The notes below the pieces were generated by a model, which was not told where the DNA came from, did no database searches, and worked only from the letters and a program-made list of their open reading frames with translations. Both the position numbers and the translations under genes were made by a program. A stretch of 64,000 bases of DNA from a virus, in the IMG/VR virus record IMGVR_UViG_3300044846_005371, positions 32,001 through 96,000 of that record; one strand, 5' to 3'. Shown here one piece after another: positions 30,606-40,169 of the stretch (the stretch's first letter is position 1; every line of letters starts with the position of its first letter).

Positions 30606-32765
30606 ATGGCAAGAGCAACAATCAAGCTAGTAATTGATCCTGACCGTAATAAATTAACTTTTAGTAAAAATTTTAGGATATTTTCAACGGATGAGCCGCT
30701 ATCTGGAATAGTTGCATTTTCTGAATATTTGGAAAGTATAGATGTAACTTCTCCAAATACACTAGATCTAAATAGTTACTTATTCAGATCATTTAGGTAT
30801 TCATCAAATAAGGAAGATTGGTCATTATGGTACTCAGTTTCTCCAACAAATACTTCTGAGATTTCATCAATTATATTGGATCCAGCTTCCAAGTTTTACT
30901 TTGAAATAAAATACGAATACGATAATGGTAATTTTGAGGAATTAGACAGTGCTATTCAAATCAATGAAATTAAGCTAAGATTTGAAAAAGCTGACGACTC
31001 TTTACCAGATTCCTATGCGCCTAGAGTAGTATGTTCAAATGAGCGTTGCACAAATTTCATAACCACTACTAATCCATCATTTAAACCATATCAAGTCGAC
31101 TCAGCTATAGATATGTACCGCGAGCTTTCGCTATATACTAATAAGATATTTGGACATGATGTCGTTTACTTTAAAACTGAACCTGATTCAGATAGTGGAG
31201 ACTATATCTTTAAGGAATGGACACTTTACAAAAACATAGATCGTAAATGTTTAAAGGTAGTTGTTCCAAAGAACTCCTTTCCTTCAAATGCTCCTAAATT
31301 TACTGAATTTGGAATGGATTTTCAATTACCATTTGAAGTCCATATCGATCATAGGTATTTTCAATCAATTTTTGGAGCAGGTACTGAACCTAGAGTTAGG
31401 GACTTTTTATATTTTCCTCTCTTAAATAGAATGTTTGAAATACAAGGAAGTTACATTCATAAAGGCTTTATGATGACTCCAACTTATTGGAAAGTATCGC
31501 TTAAGAAGTACAATCCAAATATCGACATGCTTCTTACTGATGATAGTCGACACTTCTTAGATAACGTTATTCAAAGTGCTGAACAATTATTCTCTGCTCA
31601 AGTCGAGCAGTCTACTTCAGATGCTAAAATGACAAAGCAGTACGAAAATATTACAACGACTTTTGATTCATCACGTAAAGCAATACACTTTGACCTCATG
31701 ACTAAGCAGCTAAAATACAATTTTAATCACGCTAGTCTAATTCAAAACTATTATGATTTAACAAAAATAGTTCCAGTTCAAAAGACATATCAACTAACAA
31801 ATGATGATCCAGTTGTCTCGATTAGCATGAATCATGTATCTCTTCAGGATTTGGATCAAAATTCTCCAAATTCTCATTACGTTATTCTTGCGTATCAGGA
31901 AAGTGAAATATTTAGCGCATGGCAAAATAATGCTCTATTTACATACGATAAAAATTTCTATGGAACTATCACTAGATATCTTAGAGTTAGGGGACCTTTT
32001 GATACTATTCCAAATCACATTGGCCAGTCCGAATCCGGTCGATATTTAAGACTTGAGGCGTATAAAGACCTTAGCTTAAAATCTCAAGTCAATGTTGCAG
32101 TAGATGCTATTCCAGGGACAGAGTTTAAAGTTTCTCTTAGGGATTCGGCAGTCGTTTATTCTTCTACTCCAAGATTCGATGAGTCGACTGTTAAAAACTT
32201 GACGTTTACTTGTCTATTTTGCGTGCCTACTCAAGTTGCAGAAACTTTACATTTTGTAAACGGATATGATTCAACTGAGCTTTCGGGTTTAAAAATATCA
32301 GCAAATTACGTTCCTACAACAACCGCAGCCGTTGATCAACCGCTTGGTGATATTACATTGAATGTAGATATTAATGAGATAACTAAAACCGTATCTGGTT
32401 CAAACATAAAGCTTGGAAAATGGTATGCATTAGTTGTTTCTTTATCTAATGAGTTTAAACAATGCGGAATTAACGTGTATGAGATACTTGAAGATCCATC
32501 TGACCTAACAAATCATAATGAATTATTACAAGTTATTAACTATACATCTAGCTTAGTTCCGCAAATATTTAATCTGACTACTCAGTATACTCTACCTAGC
32601 TCAAATATGTACATTGCAAATCTTAGATTGTTTAATACGATGATCAAACAAGAACAGCACAGTTTCATACTTAGCCAGCAATTCATCAAAGATGAGTCTA
32701 GTTTGATCTTAATCGACAACTGTCGTTCACAAACAAACTTACCATTTATCGCTAAAAATAGATAA
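30606..32765 (+). CDS. Neck / head-completion protein, gp14-like, with N- and C-terminal extensions
   Basis: IFGHDVVYF, FGMDFQ..FEVHI...YF and EPRVRDFLYFPLLNRMFEI match the gp14 pattern; LamG-like C-terminus (GKWYALVVS, IANLRLFN). Confidence 0.75.
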   Translation: MARATIKLVIDPDRNKLTFSKNFRIFSTDEPLSGIVAFSEYLESIDVTSPNTLDLNSYLFRSFRYSSNKEDWSLWYSVSPTNTSEISSIILDPASKFYFEIKYEYDNGNFEELDSAIQINEIKLRFEKADDSLPDSYAPRVVCSNERCTNFITTTNPSFKPYQVDSAIDMYRELSLYTNKIFGHDVVYFKTEPDSDSGDYIFKEWTLYKNIDRKCLKVVVPKNSFPSNAPKFTEFGMDFQLPFEVHIDHRYFQSIFGAGTEPRVRDFLYFPLLNRMFEIQGSYIHKGFMMTPTYWKVSLKKYNPNIDMLLTDDSRHFLDNVIQSAEQLFSAQVEQSTSDAKMTKQYENITTTFDSSRKAIHFDLMTKQLKYNFNHASLIQNYYDLTKIVPVQKTYQLTNDDPVVSISMNHVSLQDLDQNSPNSHYVILAYQESEIFSAWQNNALFTYDKNFYGTITRYLRVRGPFDTIPNHIGQSESGRYLRLEAYKDLSLKSQVNVAVDAIPGTEFKVSLRDSAVVYSSTPRFDESTVKNLTFTCLFCVPTQVAETLHFVNGYDSTELSGLKISANYVPTTTAAVDQPLGDITLNVDINEITKTVSGSNIKLGKWYALVVSLSNEFKQCGINVYEILEDPSDLTNHNELLQVINYTSSLVPQIFNLTTQYTLPSSNMYIANLRLFNTMIKQEQHSFILSQQFIKDESSLILIDNCRSQTNLPFIAKNR

Positions 32766-32771
32766 TATTAT

Positions 32772-33557
32772 ATGCAAACAGTAAACAGCGAAAACATAAC
32801 AAATTCTAACGTAAAGGACATCTTTCTTAGAAATGCAACAATTTCATTACTGGATCTTCTGAATAAACAAATAATAATCGATCTAGTTAGAAAGGATGTT
32901 GTTGAACGCCATCCGATTCCTTTCTTTTACAACTTTGCTGGAGATGAAGGTTTCATGAAAGATTTTTTCATCGATCTTCCAGATGATTGTACGTATCCTA
33001 AGTTTGCTGATGGAAACTATGACCAGGTTCCTAGAGGAATAGTAACATTAAGCTCTTTTCAAATAAGATCAGCTGATTTTACTAACAAATTCGTTAGAGG
33101 AAGTTTTAATCAGGAGACCCGTGATGTTAACGATCAAAAAGTTCTAAAAGCATATTCTTCAAGACTGATGACCATTCCAATGAGTTTGAAATTTGATATT
33201 AAGATCAATAGCGATAATATGAATAAAACTTTCAAAATAATTGAAAGAATTATCGATTTTTACTATAAGAATAATGTTACTTACTTTCAATTTAGAGGAA
33301 TTCGAATACCTGCACAAATAACTTTTCCTGAAGCTGAAAACTTTACTAAAAAATATGATTTTACTTACTCTGATGATAAGATGGTGATTACTAACTTTAC
33401 AATCGATATGGAAACGTATTATCCTAGCTTTAGCGATCACGGTGTGTTCTATAAGGGTAATAACATTCGTCAAGTAAACGTGCGATCGTCTATTCAAGAT
33501 TCTGGAGTAACTTTATCAGATTCTTGGGTCGATCCTGATTTTCCACCAGCTGAATAA
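32772..33557 (+). CDS. Tail sheath stabiliser / tail terminator, gp15-like
   Basis: PIPF.Y, PRGIV, IPMSLKFDIKI....KTFKIIERIIDFY pattern; follows gp14 as in T4. Confidence 0.75.
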   Translation: MQTVNSENITNSNVKDIFLRNATISLLDLLNKQIIIDLVRKDVVERHPIPFFYNFAGDEGFMKDFFIDLPDDCTYPKFADGNYDQVPRGIVTLSSFQIRSADFTNKFVRGSFNQETRDVNDQKVLKAYSSRLMTIPMSLKFDIKINSDNMNKTFKIIERIIDFYYKNNVTYFQFRGIRIPAQITFPEAENFTKKYDFTYSDDKMVITNFTIDMETYYPSFSDHGVFYKGNNIRQVNVRSSIQDSGVTLSDSWVDPDFPPAE

Positions 33558-33571
33558 AATAGATAATATCA

Positions 33572-34156
33572 ATGGCACTAACTAGACTAAAAAGTTTCAA
33601 TCAATTTGTAGGAAATTCAGTTCTTTCGGAAGGACTAGACTTTCACATCGCAAATCAACTATGTATATCTGAATCGATATTTAGACCTACTTCAAATTCT
33701 CACATATCTCTTCTAAACGAAGCCCGTCAACTATTTGAGTCTGGTGAGCTTATAGTTAGCGGAATGGATAAAATATTATTTGAAACAACAGATATCGGTC
33801 TATTTGGGACTTATCAGGGACGCGAGGTTCCACTCGATCTTCCAATAGATGTGGAACTAAATGAAGCAACTAAAGGTGGAAAGAAGGTGACTCTAAATAA
33901 ACCTATGCGAGGAGGTACTAAAAAGTATCACGTATATGTTAAGAATCCTAAGACCGGAAATATCACGAAAATAGCATTTGGAGACGTTCATGGAGGACTT
34001 ACTGCAAAAGTAAGTAATCCTAAAGCTAGAAAGAGTTTTGCAGCAAGACACAACTGTGCAGAAAAGAAAGATAAAACAAAAGCTGGTTATTGGGCCTGCA
34101 GAATAAACAGATATGCTCACCTTTGGGGAGGAAAAACTTATCCTGGATTTTGGTAA
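33572..34156 (+). CDS. Basic hypothetical protein, putative internal head protein
   Basis: N-terminus KSFNQF...VLSE; Lys/Arg-rich C-terminal module KKYHVYVKNPKTG...ARKSFAARHNC...AGYWAC. Confidence 0.7.
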   Translation: MALTRLKSFNQFVGNSVLSEGLDFHIANQLCISESIFRPTSNSHISLLNEARQLFESGELIVSGMDKILFETTDIGLFGTYQGREVPLDLPIDVELNEATKGGKKVTLNKPMRGGTKKYHVYVKNPKTGNITKIAFGDVHGGLTAKVSNPKARKSFAARHNCAEKKDKTKAGYWACRINRYAHLWGGKTYPGFW

Positions 34157-34157
34157 T

Positions 34158-34412
34158 ATGATATACGAAGATACAATAAAAGACAATCAATTAATCAGAA
34201 ACTTTCATGAGGAGATAGATGAAGTTGAATTGAAGTGGCATAGGGATGAAGAGACTAGAATCATAGTTTCTCTTAATGAGACCGACTGGCAGATACAGCT
34301 AGAGAATTCTTTACCTTGCTCATTAAATTCGATTACAGTTATTCCTGCAATGTACTGGCATCGTCTCATCAAAGGAACTGGCGATCTTTCTTTAAAAATA
34401 GTCAAGTTGTGA
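34158..34412 (+). CDS. Small cupin-like protein
   Basis: ELKWHRD...IPAMYWHRLIKG resembles a two-His cupin pattern. Start reassigned to ATG 34158, after the upstream stop. Confidence 0.5.
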   Translation: MIYEDTIKDNQLIRNFHEEIDEVELKWHRDEETRIIVSLNETDWQIQLENSLPCSLNSITVIPAMYWHRLIKGTGDLSLKIVKL

Positions 34413-34442
34413 ATCATTACGCTTTCTAAAAAATAAAAACCT

Positions 34443-35129
34443 ATGAGCATTTTAAAATTCAATCAGTATTTGATACTTGAGAAAGGAACAGACTCCTGTC
34501 CAATTGCAACTCAAAATTTGGAAGTAAATACCAAAAATAGAGATGCTTCAATCAAAGCCGACTATATTCAGTATGGTCCTTTGAATCTTTCTGATGAAAA
34601 GTATTGGGAAGATTTAGCAGAACATTGGAAGACTACTCCAGACGTTGCTAAAAATTCTAATTGCGGAAACTGCGTAGCTTTTGATATTTCTCCAAGGATG
34701 GAAGAATGTATGCCTGGCGAAGTTTCAGATCCTCAAGGAAGACTCGGTTACTGTTGGATGCATCACTTTAAATGTCATTCCGCTCGTACTTGTAGAACAT
34801 GGGCAGCTGGCGGACCTATTGTAAAAGATTCAGTTTCCGCAGATTGGCAATCAAAGAGTGGAGAAAAGATAGAAGAAAAGCGTAAAACTAAAAACTCTCC
34901 TGACTGGCATGATTCAGATGCTCCTGATGCAAATGGCAAGTTTAAAACGCTAGGCGTTAAAGCTCTTGCAAAGTGGTTAATTCGTACTAGAAATGGAGAC
35001 ATGCGAAAGATCACAGGAAGCTTGAACCAGCAAATAGTTTTTAATAGAAATGACAACCCAACATATGCTAAAAAAATGGAAAGCGTTAGAGAAGAAGTGA
35101 AGAGGCTATTGAAAAAAAATAAAAAGTAA
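34443..35129 (+). CDS. Cys-rich two-module protein, putative internal head protein
   Basis: MSILKFNQYLILE; CGNC...C...GYC...C...TC..W cluster; basic C-terminal module. Confidence 0.65.
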   Translation: MSILKFNQYLILEKGTDSCPIATQNLEVNTKNRDASIKADYIQYGPLNLSDEKYWEDLAEHWKTTPDVAKNSNCGNCVAFDISPRMEECMPGEVSDPQGRLGYCWMHHFKCHSARTCRTWAAGGPIVKDSVSADWQSKSGEKIEEKRKTKNSPDWHDSDAPDANGKFKTLGVKALAKWLIRTRNGDMRKITGSLNQQIVFNRNDNPTYAKKMESVREEVKRLLKKNKK

Positions 35130-35602
35130 TGATACTAAATTTTAAAGAGTTTTGTCTGCTTGAAGCTAAGTCTAAATCAAATAACCCAGCTCAATATAAA
35201 GCTCCGGAAGGAAGTGCTCGTGACAAGAAATTAGATAAAGCTAAGGAGCTTCTCAAGAGAGGAAATAAGGAAGAAGCTTACGCCCTTAGAGATGAAATGG
35301 AAGCAAGAGTTAGAAAGAATCCTAATTGGAAAAACACTCCTAGAAAAGATTCAAAGGTGAACGAGGCTTCTAAAAAAAGTGGCAGAAACTTAAGTAAGGA
35401 AACGTTAGCTAAGATCCGAGCAGTTGCTAAGAAGAAAGGATACTCCTTTGCTGATCTTAAACGTGAATATGTTAAAGGATTGGGAGCATACTACTCATCT
35501 GGTTCCAGACCAGGCATGACTGCACATCAGTGGGCAATGGCTAGAGTAAATGCAGCAAGTCCAAGTAAATCATGGGCAAACGTAAAAAAAGTAGGTAAAT
35601 GA
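35129..35602 (+). CDS. Lys-rich hypothetical protein, putative internal head protein
   Basis: MILNFKEFCLLE; second module after KVNE with KGLGAYYSSGSRPG..AHQWAMARVN. Confidence 0.7.
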   Translation: MILNFKEFCLLEAKSKSNNPAQYKAPEGSARDKKLDKAKELLKRGNKEEAYALRDEMEARVRKNPNWKNTPRKDSKVNEASKKSGRNLSKETLAKIRAVAKKKGYSFADLKREYVKGLGAYYSSGSRPGMTAHQWAMARVNAASPSKSWANVKKVGK

Positions 35603-35964
35603 GCGAAATTTACGCGTATTCAAATGGAAAAATAGTGATCAAGAAAAGTTCTATTCATGGAATAGGAGTGTTTGCAAAAGAAGACATTTCAAATGGAGAA
35701 TTAATAGAAGTATGCACTTCATTAGATTTAGATAGATGCAATAGAGCTACTCTAACTGAATATGCATTTGAAAGGCCATCAGATGGTCCAGTCAAAAGAT
35801 TAGTCATATTATTAGGATATGGAAGTTTGTATAATCATTCAGAAGATAACAATGTAGATTTTACAATAAATTCAGATTCCAAACGATTCACATTCTTTGC
35901 AACTAAAGACATATCTGCTGGTTCTGAATTAACGATAAATTACCAAAAAAATAAAAATACATGA
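35599..35964 (+). CDS. Minimal SET-domain protein-lysine methyltransferase
   Basis: KKSSIHGIGVFAKEDI..GELI, GYGSLYNHS and FATKDI.AG.ELTINY: all canonical SET motifs. Confidence 0.9.
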   Translation: MSEIYAYSNGKIVIKKSSIHGIGVFAKEDISNGELIEVCTSLDLDRCNRATLTEYAFERPSDGPVKRLVILLGYGSLYNHSEDNNVDFTINSDSKRFTFFATKDISAGSELTINYQKNKNT

Positions 35965-36512
35965 TATTAAACGCAAGGCAAAACGGTTTTGTATTTTTCT
36001 TTCCACCTGACTATTTTTCAGATGCAGTAAAGGAGAAATATAAAAAGTATTATCAAAGTTTAGTTCTTCCATATGACACAATAGAAGACTTTATGTCATC
36101 TACTATTCAGTCAATTGAATTTCCAGGCTGGGCAATTACACCAGTCGCTCAAACAAGAACTCTGGGAAAAAGACAAGAATATAAATCTTCAGTTCAAGTG
36201 GTAGATACTTTCACAAGAAAGTTTACTCTTACTTTTAAGATGACTGATTCATACTTGAATTACTTCATATTTTTAGATAATGCTTTAAATTTCTTAGACT
36301 TCTCAAATAAGAAACAAACGTTCTCACCAATGAGTCTTTCTATGTTGAATAATGAAGGATATTTGGTGTCGACTCTAGTATTTAAGGAGCCTTTGCTGAT
36401 CTCTCAAGATAGCGTAAAATTAAGCTATAGTGCAGCTGCTCCAGATTTCAAAACATTCACAGCAACTTATCAGTATTTCGATTTCAGCATCGATACTACC
36501 TTTAATGATTAA
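35961..36512 (+). CDS. Tail-tube-like / tail completion protein (gp3-like)
   Basis: IQSIEFPG and FTLTFKMTDSYLNY resemble gp3/gp19-fold proteins; located beside the sheath gene. Confidence 0.55.
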   Translation: MILNARQNGFVFFFPPDYFSDAVKEKYKKYYQSLVLPYDTIEDFMSSTIQSIEFPGWAITPVAQTRTLGKRQEYKSSVQVVDTFTRKFTLTFKMTDSYLNYFIFLDNALNFLDFSNKKQTFSPMSLSMLNNEGYLVSTLVFKEPLLISQDSVKLSYSAAAPDFKTFTATYQYFDFSIDTTFND

Positions 36513-36530
36513 TACTAAACTTAATTCAAT

Positions 36531-36557
36531 AAAAAAGGGACCAAATGGTCCCTTTTT
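36531..36557. terminator. Bidirectional Rho-independent terminator
   Basis: AAAAAA-GGGACC-AAAT-GGTCCC-TTTTT between converging genes. Confidence 0.9.
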
Positions 36558-36575
36558 AGTTTTATTAGCTTCTTA

Positions 36576-39545
36576 TTAGAAGCTTGGAATAAATCCAGTA
36601 GAATCTGAACTTAATTGTCCACCTACTTTAGTAATAGTAATTCTATTAATAAACTTATGAATACCTCTTGGGAAATCTACTCGGATATCCATAATTGCAG
36701 TATTTGCTGAGATAACTTCATTAGTGTTGTTTGACTTGTCAAATATTACTTTATATGAAGTTAAACCTTCTGCTCTAACTACTGCATCTAAGTAGTTTTC
36801 AACAATTGTCTTAACTCTCAATCTTGTGATTTCATCGTTGAAATCGAACAAGAAGTTAAACATGATTCTCTCAATGTCTCTTTCGATAGTTGATAAGTTA
36901 TCACGAACGTGAGCATTGTTCAACGCTGAATTGATTCTTTGATATGCAGTATTATTACTGAAGATCAATGTTCCAAATCCTCTACGACGAACCAATAAGT
37001 TGTAACCAACTGGCTCCAAGTAAGCGCGATCCTCGTCAGTTAAGTTATATTCTAAACCTACAATCTCTGGATCAGTTACATTTCCTCGTTTTGCTCCAGC
37101 AGTAATCAAGAATGGAGTACCATTTTTGAATTTTCTAACATATGTATTAGAAACATATGCTGCTGGTGGAACTGAAATCGTCTTATTTCCCTCAGTGATC
37201 AATAGGTTTGGGAAGAAATAAGTTGAGTATGAGCTTAGTGGAACTCCATTAACGTCTTCTTCAGCAAAAGCAAATGTGAAGCTTGGATTAAGATCTAAAT
37301 CTCCACCTTGTGCAATCAATCTAGTTGAAACCATCTTATTTGTTGAATCAATAAAGCTAGGATCAGTAGACTTCTCAAATTGCTCAATTGATGGAGCATT
37401 TAAGATTGCCATAGCTTGTCCATGAAGAGCAGCTATTTTTGCTAAGTAGTATTTAGAACTAGATGAAACGTCACCAGCGTAAGAGTCAACTACATATCTA
37501 AAGTCAACTGCTTCGCCTGAAGCAAGTGCTTGTGGAATTGAAGTATCGTCCCATAAGAATTGTAAAATAGTTTTTTGGCGTGAAGAACTTCCATTAGGCA
37601 AGTTAGCATCACGAATTACAAATCCTTTTAAGTATTGACCTTTGTATGTGTCTGCAAAGTTTTGGATTCCCTTTTGAACATATAATAAGTTCCCAGCAAC
37701 ATTCAATCCAACTACGTTCTCATTCATTGGAGTCATAGTAGTTATTACATACTTAACAAAACCAGTAGAAGGAGTTGAAGAAACAATTGAAATAATTTTT
37801 AAGAATCTAGTTCTTCCATCTAAAGTTTGAGCTTTAATGTAATGGTTTACTTTTATAAATTCATCAATTATCTCTTTTTGTGCAGCATTTGCAGTATCAA
37901 TAGTCAACTCTAATTTGTTTGGCTGAAGTACTACATATTCCTCAAAGAAATTAGTATCTGTCAAATCAAATTCATAAGCAAAAGTTTTACCAGATTGCAT
38001 TGCAATTTCAATAAACTTACCTACATCTGTTGTAAATGTAGGATCTACTTGTGTAGTTAAACCAATATTTGAGTATACTGTTATTTTAGCATAACTTAAT
38101 CCAGTATCTGTCAGGAAACCTCCTTGTGTTTTAATGTAATTGTCATCACCGTCACCTGAAATAATATCTCCTGTTTTTACAAATCCCTTTGTATACATTT
38201 CATATAGCTTACTTCCTTCAATCGCTATAATGTAATTAGTATTAGCAGTAAGGTTGTTTGTTATAAAAGTTTCTCCGCTTGCTCCTGATGCAAGTATATT
38301 TGCCAAAGTTTCTTCCTCTACTTTGAATACTAAATTAGTATCAGCAGGCTTAGTATAACTGATAACATCGATCAATGCAACAGGCGCTTTTTCAACAGGC
38401 GATCCGTCTGGTCCAGTAGATCCTCCGTCATCTGCAGAAAAAGTAGATGGAGAACCAGCAGTACCTAATTCCATTTCAGATACTCCATATCCAGCTAAGT
38501 CTATTCTGTGTGTTAAGATGTTGTCATCTGCAAAAGTATCTTCAGTTAAATCAACTTTTTCTAGTTTACTTGCGTCTAATGCACACATGATTCCAGTAGT
38601 TGGGAACAGTCTATTTACTACACGATCGATAGATACAGTGGAGCCACCCTGATCCTTAAATTCTGGGATCAAACATCCAATTGCTCTGCTAATTACTTTA
38701 ACTTCTCTTAATGAAAAGAAATCGTTCATCTTAGCTGCTTTTAAACCAGATGCATCAAAATAGTTAGCATAAATAGGATCAGTTGCTAATCTTAGATTAT
38801 TTGACCAATCTCCGCTTACTACTATAACTTCAACGAAATAATCAGAGATTAGATCATCTTCGTGAACAAAATTAGGAAAATCGATAGGATTTCCGCCGCC
38901 GATAGTATTATACCATTCTTTTGCAGTTACGTCATATCCTTTAATATCAGATCTCTTAACCCAAATAGTAACGTTATTCTTTCCAGTATTAACAAATGAA
39001 AGAATCTTATTAGATGGACCGTTAACCTCTCCTAACGATTCAGGAGCAGTTATAAAATCATCACCTAATGCTAAGTTCTTACTTCTATTTAGCTGATCCG
39101 CACTTGCTGCCCAAAAAGTTCTCTTATTGAAGAATTCAACAATTGGGAAAGTTTCAGTTGTGTCAGGATTGTTAGTAGCTGCTTCAGTATTAAATGTTGT
39201 GAAGTTCGCCTGATCTTCATTTGTAGTAGGATCAAGATAATCAACATCAGTGTCAAAAGGAAGCACATTAAGAGCAAATACCGGTCCCTCTCTCAGGGCA
39301 ACCTCGATTGTTCTATGGAAGTAACTTCCAGCTTTTTCTAATTTTGGATCATTATCTCCAAATACTGCTCTTAATGTTCTAACATCATTTATTAAAACAA
39401 CAGTATTAAAAGGTCCAACTTTGCTGGACCCAACCACCAATCTACCAGTAGCAAGCGGCAATGCAACGTTCTCGCTAGCATCTACCTCAACAGTATACAC
39501 GCCACTGGCCTTATAGTTGTTTAGATTAATGAGTCTATCGGCCAT
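36576..39545 (-). CDS. Tail sheath protein, gp18-like
   Basis: 989 aa; ASGVYTVEVD N-terminus; VPPAAYV, AGAKRG, SALNNAHVR, FDFND...R and DKSNNT.EVI sheath C-terminal motifs. Confidence 0.92.
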   Translation of the reverse strand: MADRLINLNNYKASGVYTVEVDASENVALPLATGRLVVGSSKVGPFNTVVLINDVRTLRAVFGDNDPKLEKAGSYFHRTIEVALREGPVFALNVLPFDTDVDYLDPTTNEDQANFTTFNTEAATNNPDTTETFPIVEFFNKRTFWAASADQLNRSKNLALGDDFITAPESLGEVNGPSNKILSFVNTGKNNVTIWVKRSDIKGYDVTAKEWYNTIGGGNPIDFPNFVHEDDLISDYFVEVIVVSGDWSNNLRLATDPIYANYFDASGLKAAKMNDFFSLREVKVISRAIGCLIPEFKDQGGSTVSIDRVVNRLFPTTGIMCALDASKLEKVDLTEDTFADDNILTHRIDLAGYGVSEMELGTAGSPSTFSADDGGSTGPDGSPVEKAPVALIDVISYTKPADTNLVFKVEEETLANILASGASGETFITNNLTANTNYIIAIEGSKLYEMYTKGFVKTGDIISGDGDDNYIKTQGGFLTDTGLSYAKITVYSNIGLTTQVDPTFTTDVGKFIEIAMQSGKTFAYEFDLTDTNFFEEYVVLQPNKLELTIDTANAAQKEIIDEFIKVNHYIKAQTLDGRTRFLKIISIVSSTPSTGFVKYVITTMTPMNENVVGLNVAGNLLYVQKGIQNFADTYKGQYLKGFVIRDANLPNGSSSRQKTILQFLWDDTSIPQALASGEAVDFRYVVDSYAGDVSSSSKYYLAKIAALHGQAMAILNAPSIEQFEKSTDPSFIDSTNKMVSTRLIAQGGDLDLNPSFTFAFAEEDVNGVPLSSYSTYFFPNLLITEGNKTISVPPAAYVSNTYVRKFKNGTPFLITAGAKRGNVTDPEIVGLEYNLTDEDRAYLEPVGYNLLVRRRGFGTLIFSNNTAYQRINSALNNAHVRDNLSTIERDIERIMFNFLFDFNDEITRLRVKTIVENYLDAVVRAEGLTSYKVIFDKSNNTNEVISANTAIMDIRVDFPRGIHKFINRITITKVGGQLSSDSTGFIPSF

Positions 39546-39557
39546 ATTTGTTCAATT

Positions 39558-39571
39558 TTTTTATTATTTAT
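39558..39571 (-). promoter_or_regulatory. Putative late promoter ATAAATAATAAAAA
   Basis: Exact 14-mer upstream of the sheath ATG (39545). Confidence 0.75.
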
Positions 39572-39655
39572 TCGAAATTACTAACAGGAAAGCTAAAAAA
39601 TCTAAAAATAGAGATCCTTGAGTATTTATTCAGTATAAGACCTGAAACGATTATT

Positions 39656-40144
39656 GTGAAAATACTCAAGACTCGAAATGTTAGAACTCCTGAAAGAGGA
39701 ACTAGCTATGCTGCAGGAATAGATTTCTTTGTTCCATATGAAGAAGATTTTTATATTGTTAATTCAACTACTGGGGAAGTTAAAAAAGGCGGAAAAGAGC
39801 TTATTTTACTTCCTGGAGAATCTGCTCTCATTCCATCCGGTATAAAAGCATGCCTTCCTGAAGGATACGCTCTAGTTGCTTTTAATAAATCAGGCGTTTG
39901 TACTAAAAGGTCAATAACTGTTGGTGCAGAAGTAGTTGATGAGGACTATATGGGTGAAATTCACTTGCATGTTATAAATTCAGGCATGCATTCTACTCAA
40001 ATTCATCCTGGAGATAAATTAATCCAGTTCATGTTAATCAAACAGAACTACTTAGATGTAGAAACTGTTGAAACTGAGTTTGAATTATGGAGAGATAAGA
40101 AATCTGATCGTGGCGAGGGAGGTTTCGGCTCAACTGGAAACTAA
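39656..40144 (+). CDS. dut: Trimeric dUTPase
   Basis: AAGIDF, IPSGI, NKSG, VVDEDYMGEI, QF and RGEGGFGSTG motifs. GTG start at 39656 preferred over the track start. Confidence 0.9.
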   Translation: MKILKTRNVRTPERGTSYAAGIDFFVPYEEDFYIVNSTTGEVKKGGKELILLPGESALIPSGIKACLPEGYALVAFNKSGVCTKRSITVGAEVVDEDYMGEIHLHVINSGMHSTQIHPGDKLIQFMLIKQNYLDVETVETEFELWRDKKSDRGEGGFGSTGN

Positions 40145-40169
40145 TAAAAATAATCTTGTATAAGATAAC

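Noticed and set aside
39548-39655. N-terminal extension of the dUTPase ORF
   Set aside because: Runs across the sheath late promoter and intergenic DNA; the dUTPase fold starts at GTG 39656.
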